From Negaprion brevirostris (Eukaryota), in contig JARDVH010000106.1 of the NCBI GenBank assembly GCA_030324005.1, forward strand, positions 46,903,574 to 46,967,573: DNA of 64,000 bases, given 5' to 3'. Shown here in pieces: positions 11,546 through 24,631 of the stretch. The first letter of the stretch is position 1; each line of letters opens with the position of its first letter. The notes under the pieces were generated by a model that searched no databases, had not been told where the DNA came from, and worked only from the letters and a program-made list of their open reading frames with translations. The position numbers and the translations under genes are program-made.

Positions 11546-12554
11546 TCAGCTGGCTATGGGTAAACTGGCTTCCTTCTATTCAATCTCCTCAATTGGTCAT
11601 AACAAAGGTTTAAGTTTATTTTTTTCACAAGAATTTGCGTTTTGCAAACCAGCATGTATTTAACTGTTTGTGCAGTGAGCATTAAGGAGCCAATCAAATA
11701 TAGCGTTTTGAATTAAAGGGCAAATTTATTAATCATTAAAGCAGAGAAAAAATAATAAAAACACAGAGCATTTGGCCCTCGTGGAGTCATTCAGACAGAC
11801 ACACATACACACACACGCACGGACACACATGGACATGGACACACACACATCTAAGTCCAATAAACAAAAGTAAAATATAAAACTAAATGTCCTTTAATTG
11901 GCCTTGAGGCATAGATTTTAAACGTGGTGGCTAATTTGGGTTAGCTGGTTTCTTGATGTGGTCACATGCTGAATATGTTGCAATTATTACACGATNNNNN
12001 NNNNNTCACTGGTAGATTTCCAGCAGAGTTGGCTGCTTGAACCAGCTGACAATCATATTCCAAAAGACAAAGGGAGAGAGAGCAAATTTCAACCTCTTTC
12101 TTCTGCTGAAGACTTTCTTGATAACACCTGGGTCAATTACAATCCCTTTCTAATGGCTGGGCAGCCTTGCCTTGCAAATACCTCACCTACTGTGCATTTC
12201 CAAGAGGTTTGGGTATGACTCTCTATGGCAGCCATTGCTTCAATATCCAGTACTTGCAAAATTTCCATTCAGTTAAAAGTTGAGCAAGCAATTTTTCAGA
12301 AAAATAATGGGGCATTGCCTCACGACAAATCACTCATCTGAAAGGGGGCAAATACGACAATGGATCATTCCACAGGTAATGAACGGGATCCATACACAAG
12401 ATTTTGCCCTCAAGTGGTTGAAGTGGAGTTTAAATCCATGGCCTCATGACAGTGAAGCAAAGACATTAGCGACTGAGCCACAGCAGACACCTGATAAATT
12501 CACAGTTCTCAAAGGGTTTACTAATTGCTACCTGATTTTGGATCTGTCCAAAAA

Positions 12555-12870
12555 TCCCCAAGTACAGAGGGAATGCTACATTGTCAGGTTAAATACTTAG
12601 ACTCCATTTGCTATTCAGTTGGAGATAAAGCAAAATCCAATAGAACTGTTCAAATAAAACAGAAGAGTTCTCTTGGTGTAACAGTAAGATTTAGTCAGGC
12701 AACATCACCAAAATGTAGATTATAACTGGTCTTTGCTGCATTGCTGTGACCAGATTAGGTTTAAATTTGCTGCCTGATTTACCTACATCTGTGACTATAC
12801 CTCAAAAGTAATTCATAAGTTCTGAAATGTTTTGAAAGGTGCTGTATAAATGCAAATTCTACCTTGCTTC
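12555..12870 (+). mobile_element. DeuSINE (SacSINE1-like) remnant ending ~20 bp from the exon 6 donor; inverted head fragment at 12395-12492
   Basis: agtacagagggaatgctacattgtcagg...aaatttgctgcc...gtgactatacctcaaaagta...gaaaggtgctgtataaatgcaa. Confidence 0.62.
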
Positions 12871-12888
12871 ATGGTCTGAAGTACTAAC

Positions 12889-13039
12889 CTGATCTCATTG
12901 GGAATCTCTTCCTCTTCATACTTGTTTTTACTCTTCCAGTAGAACAGAATGACAATAATAGAGAAGATGCATAGCAAAAGGGCCAGAATCCCCGTCACCA
13001 CCGCTCCAATGATGATTCCAAAATTCTGGAGTTGTGCTG
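12889..13039 (-). CDS. IGSF11: IGSF11 coding exon 6 (transmembrane + juxtamembrane); tandem acceptor gives a start at 13039 or 13036
   Basis: Acceptor ttttgcttcag|cag| and donor ATCAG|gttagt. Translates (P)[A]QLQNFGIIIGAVVTGILALLLCIFSIIVILFYWKSKNKYEEEEIPNEI(R): a hydrophobic TM followed by the FYWxSKNK..EEEEIPNEIR IGSF11 signature. Confidence 0.95.
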
Positions 13040-13344
13040 CTGAAGCAAAAGAAACCAAGAGAGAATTTTAGCTTCTCTTTCTTCCCTGTAACCAATATTT
13101 AATAAGTATTTCCACTATGTGTGATATTGTCCAGAAAATGTATCATTCTATAATAAGCTGGTGGCCCGCTTCTCATTTCTGATGCTTTCAAACCAGCTGT
13201 TCTGATACTTACTTACTTTCTGAGGAAGCACCAAGCCTCCGGTGGAGATCTTTCTGGTGTGCTTCCTGAAATAGGTATTTTGGGACTTGAACCTGCAAGC
13301 AGCAAACTAATAAAAGCTGATAAATCCTCAGGATCTGATTATCT

Positions 13345-13720
13345 GGGCAGAACAGTGGCACAGTGGTTAGGTAGCACTGCTGCCTCACAGCACCAGGGAC
13401 CAAGGTTTGATTCCAGCCTTGGGTGACTGCCTATGTGGAGTTTGCATGTTCTCCCCGTGTATGCATGGGATTCCTCTGGGTGTTCCAGTTTCCTTCCACA
13501 GTCCAAAGATGAGCAGGTTTAGGTGGACTGGCCATGCTAAATTGCCACTTCAGTGTTCCAAAGTGTGTCAGTTAGAGGATTAATGGGGTAAGTGTGTGGA
13601 TTTATGGGAATAGGGTGGGGGTGGTCCTGGGTAAGGAGCTCTGTCAGAAGGTCACTATGTACTCAATGGGCCAAATGGCCTCCTTCTGCACTGTAGGAAT
13701 TTTATAACATGATTCTATGA
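13345..13720 (+). mobile_element. HE1/V-SINE-like element, tail type A (CR1-like)
   Basis: Full head and V domain; tail ggccaaatggcctccttctgcactgtagg...attctatga. Confidence 0.88.
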
Positions 13721-15400
13721 CCTACAACCCAGGGTATTAAAAGAGCCAGTTATGGAAATAGTGGCTGTCATCATCCAAATTTCAGTAGATTCTAGGACAG
13801 TCCTGGCAGTTTGGAGGATGTCAAATATAACCCCATTATTTAAAGAGGGAGGGATGGAGGAAAGGGGGAATTAGAGACCAGTTAGCCTTACATCAGCAGT
13901 GGGGAAAATTCTAGAGTCTATTGTAAAGGATGAAATAACAGGACAGTTAGAAAATACTAATGGAACTAGACAAAGTTAGCATGGCTTTATGAAAGGGAAA
14001 TCACGTTTGACAAACTTATTGGAGTTTTTTTGAGTACGCAACTAGTAGAATAGGTAAGGGTGAGCCAGTGGATGTGGTGTATTTGTACTTTTATAAAACT
14101 TTTTACAAAGCCCCACATAGGAGGTTAATGTGCAAAAGTGCACGGGACTGGAAGTAATATATTGGCATGGATTGAGAATTGGTGAGCAGATAGGAAAGCA
14201 AGTAGGAATAAATTGGTCTTTTTCAGTGAAATAGGCAATGACTTGTAGGAGCCCACAGGGATCAGTGCTTGGATCCCAGCTTTTCACAATATACATCAAT
14301 GATTTGGATATGGGAACGAAAAGTAATATTTCCCAGGTTTGCTTATGACATGAAACTTGATGGGAAAGTGAGAGGTGAGGAGAATGTTAATAGGCTTTAA
14401 GGTGATTTAGACAATGAGTGAGTGGGCAAATATGTGGCTGATGCAGTATAATGTGGATAAATGTGAAGCTATCCATGTTGGACAGAGAAACAGAATGGCA
14501 GAATATTATTTAAATAATGACAGATTGTACAAAGGGACCTGGTTTTCCCTCTACACGTTACTGAAAGTAAGCCAGATGTTAAGAATATAAATGATATGTT
14601 GGCCTTTATTGTAAGAGGGCTTGAGTACACGAACAAGTGCGTCTTACTGCAGCCGTGCAAGGTCTTGGTGAGGCCACACCTCAAGTATCGTGTGTAGTTC
14701 TGGTCTGATGCATTGGTAACTTTTAATACTTTTTTCTTCCCATTCTGTGACACAGGGTGACATTTTGCCAGAGCGATGACACNNNNNNNNNNNNNNNNNN
14801 NNNNNNNNNNNNNNNNNNNNNNNNNNNNNNNNNNNNNNNNNNNNNNNNNNNNNNNNNNNNNNNNNNNNNNNNNNNNNNNNNNCATGTCCCGTTAGAATGT
14901 TGTAAAATACAATGATCTTCACAGGGTTTGCCATAGAGTTCACCAGACTGATTTCTGGGATGGCAGGATTGTCGTATGAATAAAGACTGGGTCAAAAAAG
15001 CCCGCATTCCCTGGAATTTAGAAGAATGAGGGGGGACCTAATTGAAACACAAAATTCTGACAAGGCTGCACATACTGGATGTAAGAGCATTGCTTCTTCT
15101 GGCTGGAAGGTTTAGAACAAGTCTTAGGACACGGGCTAGGCTCTTTAGGACTGAGATGAAGAGAAACTTCTTTAGTCAGAAGATGATGAACCTGTGGAAT
15201 TCTCTAACAAAGAAGGAGCTGGAAGCCAAGTCACTGAATATATTTAAGGGGTCAGATAGATTCCTAGACTCTAAAGATATCAAAGGTAAGGGGAGAGCAC
15301 AGGAGTTTTGCAATGAGATAAAGAATCAGTCCTGATTATGTTGAGTGGCAAAGCAGGCTCAAAGAACCAAGTCGAAAATAGGAGCAGGAATTGGCTAAGT
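13720..15400 (+). mobile_element. Decayed 5'-truncated CR1 (HER1-like) LINE, RT domain through 3' tail
   Basis: Frameshifted remnants of NYRPVSLTS, QHGFMKGKSCLTNLLEFF, PQGSVLGPQLFTIYINDLD, LVRPHLEYCVQFW and FRTEMKRNFFSQKMMNLWNSL. Interrupted by unrelated sequence and a gap at ~14710-14930. Confidence 0.88.
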
Positions 15401-16057
15401 TTCTATATTTAATATAACATACCACATGTTGGCCTAACAGTGCAATGGCATCTTTATGTTCTATGAACCACTTCACAAAAAACATTTTGGGGTATACTAA
15501 CAAAGTATTTTTATGGTTTAGTTCACTGTATTGTTATGGCTTCTGCAACACCAATCTAAAATTCTGAAGATAGTAATAATCGTACACGTATTGCAGGACT
15601 GTTATCAGAGTGTGGATCTATTCCGCCTGAACTCAGTCAGAAGCATGGCAGGAAAAACATGTGTTTATTCACATAACAGGTCGTCATTGCACCTTTGGCA
15701 TAGTTTAAATAGTAAGAGCGAGAACAACTCCAAGGGTTGTAGCATATGTCACTTGTCTTAAATATGGTAACCTTAAAATTCTGATGAAACTTCTTCAGTC
15801 AGAGGGTTAAAGACTCATTAATGAGTCTTCTACTTTGGACCTGTAAGTCTTCCTTTAAGTGGACAGATTTTTATGCCATGTTTATAATATTAGTGCACAC
15901 AGTTGATCTGGAATGGTTCTGCCAGAATTGGTTTCTGAGACTAACCTTAGACTGCTAGAAAACACTGAAAAAAATGCAGCCATTTCCAGAAATTGGCAAT
16001 TGAACCAGGGTGTATGGCAGTTCACAAGACAGAACATAAATTGCTAAATTCCAGATT

Positions 16058-16440
16058 TGGTACAGTGGTAGGACTCTCGCCATTGATGGGTTATATTTCA
16101 AGACCCAAAGTTCTGATTCCATAATCGCAGCTCACACTGGGGGTGTGCTGTCTGGTTGGAGGTACTGTCCTGTAGGAAAGACATTAAAATGGAGACTTCT
16201 GCCCCTTCAGAAGCATAGCACCTTCAAAAAAAAAAGCAAAAGGGTTCTCCTGAAATCCTAACCAACACTTATCTCTTACCCAACACACAAAACAGATTAC
16301 CTGATTGTTCATCACATGGTTGTTTGTTGGATCTTTGCAGTGCACAACTTGACTATTGATTTTCCTGCATTCAAATAATGACTAGACTTCAAAAGCACCT
16401 ATGGGCTGAAAGGCATTTTGGAGTGTCCTGAAATTGTTAG
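16058..16440 (+). mobile_element. DeuSINE (SacSINE1-like) remnant
   Basis: cagtggtaggactctcgcc head; aaacagattacctgattgttcatcacatggttgtttgttggatctttgcagtgcacaac Deu domain. Confidence 0.65.
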
Positions 16441-16442
16441 TG

Positions 16443-16918
16443 TCTTCATTTCTCATTTCCACTATTCACCTNNNNNNNNNNNNNNNNNNNNNNNNNNNNN
16501 NNNNNNNNNNNNNNNNNNNNNNNNNNNNNNNNNNNNNNNNNNNNNNNNNNNNNNNNNNNNNNNNNNNNNNNTGGATGTTTGGCACATGTTGCTCATTGAA
16601 CAGTCTTTCTGGAAATTTTAATGAGCAACATGTGCCAAACATCCATCTGAGAGAGGTAACCAATAAAAGCCAGTCTTCATTTCTCATTTCCACTATTCAC
16701 CTAGATTTATAACCACACAATGGTTGCCCATAGCTTTTCAGGATTTGGTTTCTCTTCCTATCTATTTAAGAATGCATCTGCAAAGTGGTTACTTCTAGTG
16801 GTTCCACAGCAATACGATTGGAATAAAAATATTCCTTTGTAACATTGCACAGTCTTTCTGGAAATTTTAATGAGCAACATGTGCCAAACATCCATCTGAG
16901 AGAGGTAACCAATAAAAG
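16443..16918. repeat. Local cluster of exact direct and inverted duplications around a 100-N gap
   Basis: 16443-16471 recurs at ~16674-16702; ~16599-16668 recurs at 16849-16918; 16572-16597 is the reverse complement of 16620-16645. Confidence 0.85.
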
Positions 16919-19592
16919 GTGTAAGATTATTATTTGTATAACACTGCAAACACAGTTTGTTGCAGAAAGCTACTGGAATCCCTTCCTCTACCCTCACGAT
17001 ATTAGCATGACATTTCCATTTCTCACATTATCCAGCCTCATAATGTTTCTGTGAGATTGCCTCATTAGTGTCAATTAGTGCCAAAGTATTGGGAGATCTG
17101 TGCTATGGACCTGCATCCCCAGAGAACTGGATTGTGATTGCCTGAACTAATTTCACTTAGGACCATTAACAAGCATGAGCGAGAGGTGACTTTCATCCCA
17201 GCAGTCTTACTAGGATTGTCATATAATATCACGCAGTCCCTTCAACAATGATATTTTTTAAAGATTAGCTCAAATGACAAGCAGAGAATGAATAGTAAGT
17301 GGCAGAGGCATATAACATAGGATTTTTGAAAGGTAAATTTCATAAATATTTTTGACATTCTCATGCGAGTTCTTTACATATTATTACTGCCAGATTCTTA
17401 TCGAACTTGGTAGATACATGTGCTAATTATAGTACCATATATGTATAATTTTAAGCTTTTTTTAAGAAAAGTGGGTTTATAACAGTAGCATCTAGCTTAA
17501 TACAATTCTCACCCTTATTCTGCATTTTTTCAATCGGATTTTATCTCAAAAGTATACCAATAAGATATTTTAAATGAAAAGGTAGCGCCTGTCAAACCAT
17601 TTAAGGAATCGAAGATATTTATTTCTAAGGTAAACATTGCAACTAGCTTCTCTTAATGGCCCAACCACTAGATACTCTTTGCCAGTGTAATTTTTCCCAG
17701 GAACATAGGAAAATTTTAGAGTCAATCCTGAGTTTATGCTAACTTACTTTATCTCAGCTAGAGTAGCATGAGGCGTGCTACAATTGTCCTAAAGTGTGGG
17801 AAGTATATATTAAAAAATTCTCAGCATTCCCACTCATGGTGACTATTCAGTGAACCATACTAGTTAAGTAAGAGTGTGATCAACTGCAATACAGCTTTAA
17901 ATCGTAAAGCATGTCAAAATGTACATAAAGGATAGTCACCAAGGCAATTCTACTGGAAAATACCATTGCCTGTGAAACTGAAACCCAGAATATGAGAGTG
18001 TCTTCATCAGGGAAAGTGAGAAAATTGAAGGGTTGCTATGGTGGGGGCAATGGGAACCCCTGTTTTAATAGACTATCAAAACAAAGTAGATTAGGGGCCA
18101 CCGTGTTCCTTCTATTTTGAAGTATTCCAATGTGCATCACTTACATACCACGCAAGTGTTGTCTGTTTAAGCACATATATAATCATTTTTTGAACAAGTA
18201 TTATTAGGTTTAAACAGTATTTTTGTATTTTATTGTAAACTTTGGCCAATGAGCAGTTTACCCCTTAGCATAGTGGGAAATAGGTTTAAGCAGACAAACT
18301 GCATTCTTTTGGAATAAAGTATAGAATAATGTATTACTCTATACTTCTTTATATTATCAGAGGCAGAATAGGCAGCTATAATGCCAAGGTTTTTTGAAAT
18401 GAATGAATGGATTCAGCTTCTAGCTGTAATGAATAGTTGGAATGTAGCTTCTACTAATAAAGGGGCAAGGAGACTAACAGGGAAGATGATTCCCTTATTG
18501 TTAGGAGTGACCCTAGGACCTACCGGATTTGTGTGGGTGAAGTTACTAGGCAACAGGTTGACCAATGAATTCCTAAATCTATTCGAAGCTAGAAGGCCAA
18601 TGGTCAAAGTAAACGAAGTGTGTTAATGTAATTGGATCATCCAGTTTGAATGAGAGGTGGCACAGGAAGATCAAATCTTCAGAAATGTTATCTGTTATAC
18701 TCATGTGATGTAACGTCACAGAGGCTACAATCCCCAGATCATCTCTGGCCCAATACATGTTGGTTAAACGAAACACCTTTTACTACACATTGTTTTTCAG
18801 TCTTTGTGTTTGCTGTGTTCAACTGCATATAAGATTCCCCAGGAGGTTAGCCCAAGAAATTCCCCCTACTGTTATACATAAGAGGAAGCCAGTTTATGGT
18901 TACAAAAAAAAGTAATAAAACAAACCTCATATTTCTATAAACCCATCATAAATTGTACTTAAACCTCTCTCTGGCCTGCAACTTTCTCAGAAAGATATAT
19001 CAGAAATGGCAGCTTCACTCTTTCCTTTGATTCATAAGGTTGCAGACTCACATTAGGACGTGAGTGCATAGTTTGAGCTGACTCTCCAATGCAATGCTGT
19101 ATTGTCAGAGCAAATAAGCCACTAAACTGAGGTTCTGTCTACTTGCTCAGATAGACGTTTAAGCTGCAACGAGAGGATGGCAGAATAGTTATTACAGGCT
19201 TGAGATGAAATGTAACAACAGCCTTATTCATCTAATGTTTAACATACCCAATTTTCATACTGAATAACCCCAAAAATATTGCCATATAATAGAACATTAT
19301 TGTCAAAGATAATTCTTTTTAAAATTCTGTTGGATTCACAAGGTAGGTATTTTTATGATGAATAGGTTACCTTAAACGTTCTTTCAACAGGCTTAACTCT
19401 GCTTAATCTAGAGTCTGAATTGTTTTCAGTGGCTGGATGGCTGATGTGTGCAACTGCTGTAGATTTCAAAATCCTACTTGCTATTAATGCGTGGTGTAAA
19501 TGCAGGTCAAACAAAATTCTTCACTCAAGAGGTGAAGAAAAATTCACAAAGTGGTATTTTCTGCAAAAAGCCAGTGTTGATGGCGTACTTAC

Positions 19593-19715
19593 GTGCAATA
19601 ACCTGTAGGTCAATGGCACAGGTACTGGATCCAATCGTATTAGATGCTGTACATTGGTACAAACCATTTGTAGCAGTGCTGATATTCCGGAGAATCAACG
19701 TTCCCGGTGTCTGAT
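19593..19715 (-). CDS. IGSF11: IGSF11 coding exon 5 (second half of IgC2), 123 nt
   Basis: Acceptor attctttcag| and donor GCAC|gtaagt. Translates (D)[40 protein letters not shown]. Confidence 0.95.
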
Positions 19716-20737
19716 CTGAAAGAATATATTGAATGATTAGGGGAGTCATAATAATATATCAATTTATAAAAAGTATTTCTGAATAATCCTAAAATATGTC
19801 ACTTCATCGACAAGGCAGTACTGACATTGCTTGAGCTCACAGGCACTTGCTGAAGGTCACATCGGCATTTGATGATTAATATAGTTTGAAGGAAAGCCAT
19901 ATAAAAGTAAAACCCTCAAACTGCTGCAGCAACCCCCACCCGTAGGCTGCCTGGGTCACGATTTAGTTGTTTTTATACAACAAATTATTTTTTAAAAAAA
20001 CAGGAGAAGCTGATAGTAAACAGCAAGAGAAATTATGAGGTCACATTTCAAGTGCAGACCTTTGACTGTAAATTTCTTTGAAATTGTGCACGTTCCATTA
20101 CCACCTTTGCAGTAAAAACGCAGCAAAACTATTACAATGATACCCATGCTTCCAACAGATACAGGTCCAACATGTCAATGCTAGTAAGGTGGAAAGGAAT
20201 ATCCCACCATTTGGTCCTGCAGTGAGTCCCAAAGGTGCAACAATATGCCTGGCAATCCATCAACTTGATGCTCAATGTGTACCAAGTCTTCTGCTCGTGA
20301 GTAGAGGTGCCCAATAAGTTGAATCTTTTTCTAGTTATCCATTGACTCTTTGGTACTTAGGATTTTTGCACTCCTGCACTCTAGATCCTGAGGTTAACAA
20401 CAAAGAATGCAGCTGCAGGGTTGTCTAGTATTCCTCCCCCTCTTTGTCTTCCAGCCAAGCCTTGCCGAGGGACAGACCTGCATCCAGGCCGCATTAACAG
20501 CCTGCTTTGGAAAACTGCAGCACACCTGGACCAGGAAGTGGTCTAATGATCTGCTCCTGTGAATGCCCACGAGTATTTAAGTACATTTTTAGGTGCTAGA
20601 TGAATGCAAGTTGCTGTTGCCTTTAAGGATAGGCGCAACAGACTTGTGGTACACTGGTCCTGTTAGTGGAGGAGCGGGGAGAGCAACAGAACAAGTTGAC
20701 CTCCTACAAGCTGACTGTCCATGACGACTTACACCAA

Positions 20738-20856
20738 ATTCAACTGCTCAGCCCGCCATAGAATCGGAGCGGGTGAGGAGTGGACAACGGAAATGTCCAT
20801 TGACCTTGAATGACATTTTCCAGTCTCAGGTCAAGCGAGGCCATTAATTCCCACCC
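20738..20856 (-). mobile_element. ~120-bp GC-rich MITE-like repeat (same family as 2254-2374)
   Basis: The reverse complement gggtgggaattaatggcctcgcttgacctgagactggaaaat...aggtcaatggacattt...cgctccgattctatggcggg aligns with 2254-2374. Confidence 0.55.
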
Positions 20857-22049
20857 GTATCTTAGTGGTTGGATGCTTTGTGTTTCCGAGAGTTGACATT
20901 GCCTCCACAGGTGATGCACCCCACAGAGTTGTCCCATCACCTACCATGGTTCAGTTTAAGTGCCCTCTGTGGAATAGATGGAAGCCAAAAGTGAGACTGG
21001 TCATTTCTCTACAAATTGGATGCAAGTAAGACAGAGGCAACACTTTAGATATTGTTGGTGGGTCAAGTCTATCATTTTTCTGTGGCTTTGACAGATCTTC
21101 TTTCAGCAAACGAACAAGAGAACCCCTATGAAAATTTATCTCAACCTTCAGACCTCAAGAACCTCATCATGCAAGTGAATTGCTGATATCCTAGCAGCTT
21201 TGAAAGACCCGAGTTTCATGAGAATCTGTCAAACAAAAAACTTTGAGAGAATGGAGAAGAGGCAAGAGCTTACATGAGATTTTGATGATGAACTAATGAA
21301 TACCCCACCACCATCCCACCATCTCCTGAGAAACGCGACTTGAATAAAGAAACAGAAAGGCACATTCCTCAAAAGAATTAACATTGAGTGTACCAGAATA
21401 TGCAACGTAAGGATTGCTATCTTTGGACTGAATGTAAGGATGGGACTGCAGCTGTACACCCAGCAAGAATTCCCAATCTCACCATCTGTTACACACTACA
21501 CATTACAACAGTTGTCTACAGCAGGAGAACAAATTGACCAGCCCAATTATCGCCAGTCAGAGGATGCTCAGGAAAAGGTGGAACATGTGGGCAAAAGAGA
21601 TTTACTCTGTCAGCCATGGACAATTCTCACAAACAAAATCCATAATTCATCTACAATCCTGCTCCTGCAGAATCACTCGTGCACAAGCTTTCAGCATTCA
21701 GTAGCAAGTATTTTTCATTATGTACAATGCATCTTTTTTAAAAAATGAATTTGTATGTGTGACTCCAGTGCTCGCCTTCACTGTCTCTGCATGGTATATG
21801 TCATTCAGAATCTAAATTGCTTCTCTTCAAGAACATACTGTAATGAAGGCAGCAGTGTGGAAGCAGGCAGACCTTCATCACTGTGGCCTTCATATCCCAT
21901 CAGATGTTGGCACCATGCCTAATACTGTGGCTGTGCGTCAACTCTGTCCCCCAAATTGGTAATTCCTCAGCCCAATGACAGCATCGGCTGGATAAATCAA
22001 TGAGCCATTCTCCTCAGATTTACCTGGCTCATTTGGTCCTCTTTCTGTG

Positions 22050-23010
22050 TTCGTTCATTCCATGGTTGTGGGCATGACTGGAAAGGTTAGCATTTATTGT
22101 CTATTTCTAATTGCCCTCAAGAAGGTGGTGATGAGCTGCCTCCTTGAATTACTGCAGGTACACGCACAGTGCCATTATGAAGGGTGCTCTAGGATTCTGA
22201 CTGGGTGATAGTAAAGGATTGGATTATATTCCAAATCAGCATTACGTTCATCTTGGAGTAGAATATTGCGGTTTTCCTGTTGTGGCTGTTGCCCTTCTCC
22301 TTCTAAGTGACAGAGGTTAGTGGTTTGGGAGATGCTATTGAGAAAACCTTGGTGAATTGCTGCACTGCAACTTGTAGATGACATTCACAGCTGTCATTCT
22401 GCACCAACTAGAGGGTGCGAATGTTACGAGGATGGATGGAGCGTCGATCAAACTGGATGCTTTGCTTTGGCTAGTGTAAGCTCCTTGAGTGTTACTGGAG
22501 CTGCACTCACCCAGATAAATGCAGATTACTTCTTCATCCTGACTTGAAGGTGATGGACAAATTTTGGGGAGTCAGGACGTGAGTTACTCTCTGGCTAGAT
22601 GAGCAGGTCAGAGTCTGGGAATTCTGCACAGTACTTATATGGCTGGTCCAGTTCAGTTTCTGATCAATGCTAACGTCCAGGATGTTGACGATGAGGGAAT
22701 TTGATGATGGCACTGCAATTGACTGGGTGGTTTAAAGACACTTCCTTCTTGGAGTTGGTCACGCTCCAGCACTTGTGTGGTGTGAATGCTGCTTATCAGT
22801 ACAAGCTTGGATGTTACGTGTTAGTATGGGCTGCTTCAGTATCTAAGGAATTGTGAATGATACTGAATACTGTGCAATCATCAGAGAACATCCCCATTTC
22901 ATGGTCACTGATGAAGCGGCTGAAGCTTAGGACTCTGCCCTGAGGAACTTAGGCAAAGAAAACCTAGGGCTGAGATTACTGGCCTTCAAAATTCACAAGC
23001 AACTTCCTGC
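22050..23010 (-). mobile_element. Second LINE family remnant (same as 56205-57070)
   Basis: Reverse-complement similarity by eye to 56205-57070 (ctccttgagtgttactggagctgcactcacccag; ggtccagttcagtttctgatcaatg). Confidence 0.72.
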
Positions 23011-24631
23011 CATGCATCAAGTACCGAGCATTCCTTCAGGATGACTAGGGAGCTGTACGAAAGAAAATTATTTGCTACCACTTGAATTCTAACGTCTTAT
23101 TCAGTAGATAGTCACAGCACTGTCATGTGCACCATGGTGACGTCAAGGAATGCGAATCCGTGTGCTATTATCACAAAAGTTAGGACTGCACCTCTACAAC
23201 GTATTCAATTATCTCGCAAAGTTGTGTTTACATCCGCAAAAGACCTGCAGAGCCTTTTGTTTGTTTATCAAATCTCTTCTATAGGTAGGCCTATGAAGTA
23301 CCAATGCATGCTTCACATGACAGAACACTATCTGTAGCAAGCTCTGCAGCCACCTGCTTCCTGTTCCTTTCTTTCGCCTCCTCTTGCCCTTCCATCTCAT
23401 TTGTAGTGTGCAGTTCACCAGGGTTTCTTCCAGAGTTCCATCCTCTAAATGAGCCAAGATTCTTCTACTCTGATTCTATATGCACAAAGTGAGATGTTAT
23501 GAAGGGTCACTGAACCCAACTCTTCAACTTAGGAAAACATATACAGACAGAGAAAAGGAACATATGTTGCAATGGTATTCGATAAGATAAAAATCTAATG
23601 CAGCACACGGTAGTGCTCAAAAGGAAATGAGGATCTTAGCAACTAAGTAGGATAAGAAGAAAAACTAACAAAAGGTGGATACTTGCTGCACATTTTCTTC
23701 CCCCATTCCATCAATGGCTTCTGGTGCAAAGATTTGCAGAAGTAAGGAAGGCATCAGAAGTTCAGATGACCATCTTTAATCCAGGTTTTCTCTTTGAAGT
23801 TATATAGCGCTTTCTCTTGTGTGCACAGGTAAAACAAAAGAGGCTGCATCTCTCTGCAGCCTACATCCCTTCTTGCATTCATCAGAATGCATCATGCATG
23901 TTGGTTCTGATTGCACTGCTGTTGGATCATGCATTTGAGTGTAAAATAAAAACGTTTTCAGTGCCACCTATATGTGCCTAGCAACAAGGAGGACATGGAA
24001 GCATGTGTCAGATAGCTGAAAGGATACTTCAACATGGATAGTCAGATATTGAAGGTAATAATAAACTGTTCCCAGTATTCATATGACAACCCAAAATCTT
24101 ACAATGCAGTTGGCACTCCTGGAACATGCACAGGTTAACACAAGAGCCTGCAGCAGCTCCATTAAGTGTGGTTTATTAGGATTTATTATTAATGCAGTGT
24201 GTAAATATTCTACGGGCCTATGATTTTTGCATTTTGTTTGGATTTTAGTGAATCTTGGGAAAGGGAAGGCCCAGATCCCCAAGAGTTATGAATCCAGCTC
24301 GGCAAAGTAGTTTTCAATGGCTACCCACAAAATAAAATTTGCAGGTTCAGTTTATTGTGCTTCCAGTTCAATCCTAGCCATAGTTAGTATTTTTTTTGCA
24401 AGTCCCCTTTTATACTTACTATGTATAGTTGCACAAGGTCTCATTGTACTTCCAGTACCACAATTTGTTTCAACAATCCATTGGTTTGTATCAAGAAGTT
24501 TTTTTTGACTGGTCGGTATTTTTTTAGAAAGTCTCAGGTTTTTGAAAGTTTTGTCAGATTCCAGGCCTGCATCTTAATGGAAACTAGCATAGCTGGGCGA
24601 GATGACACAGACCCTATAAAACTACAGCCAA

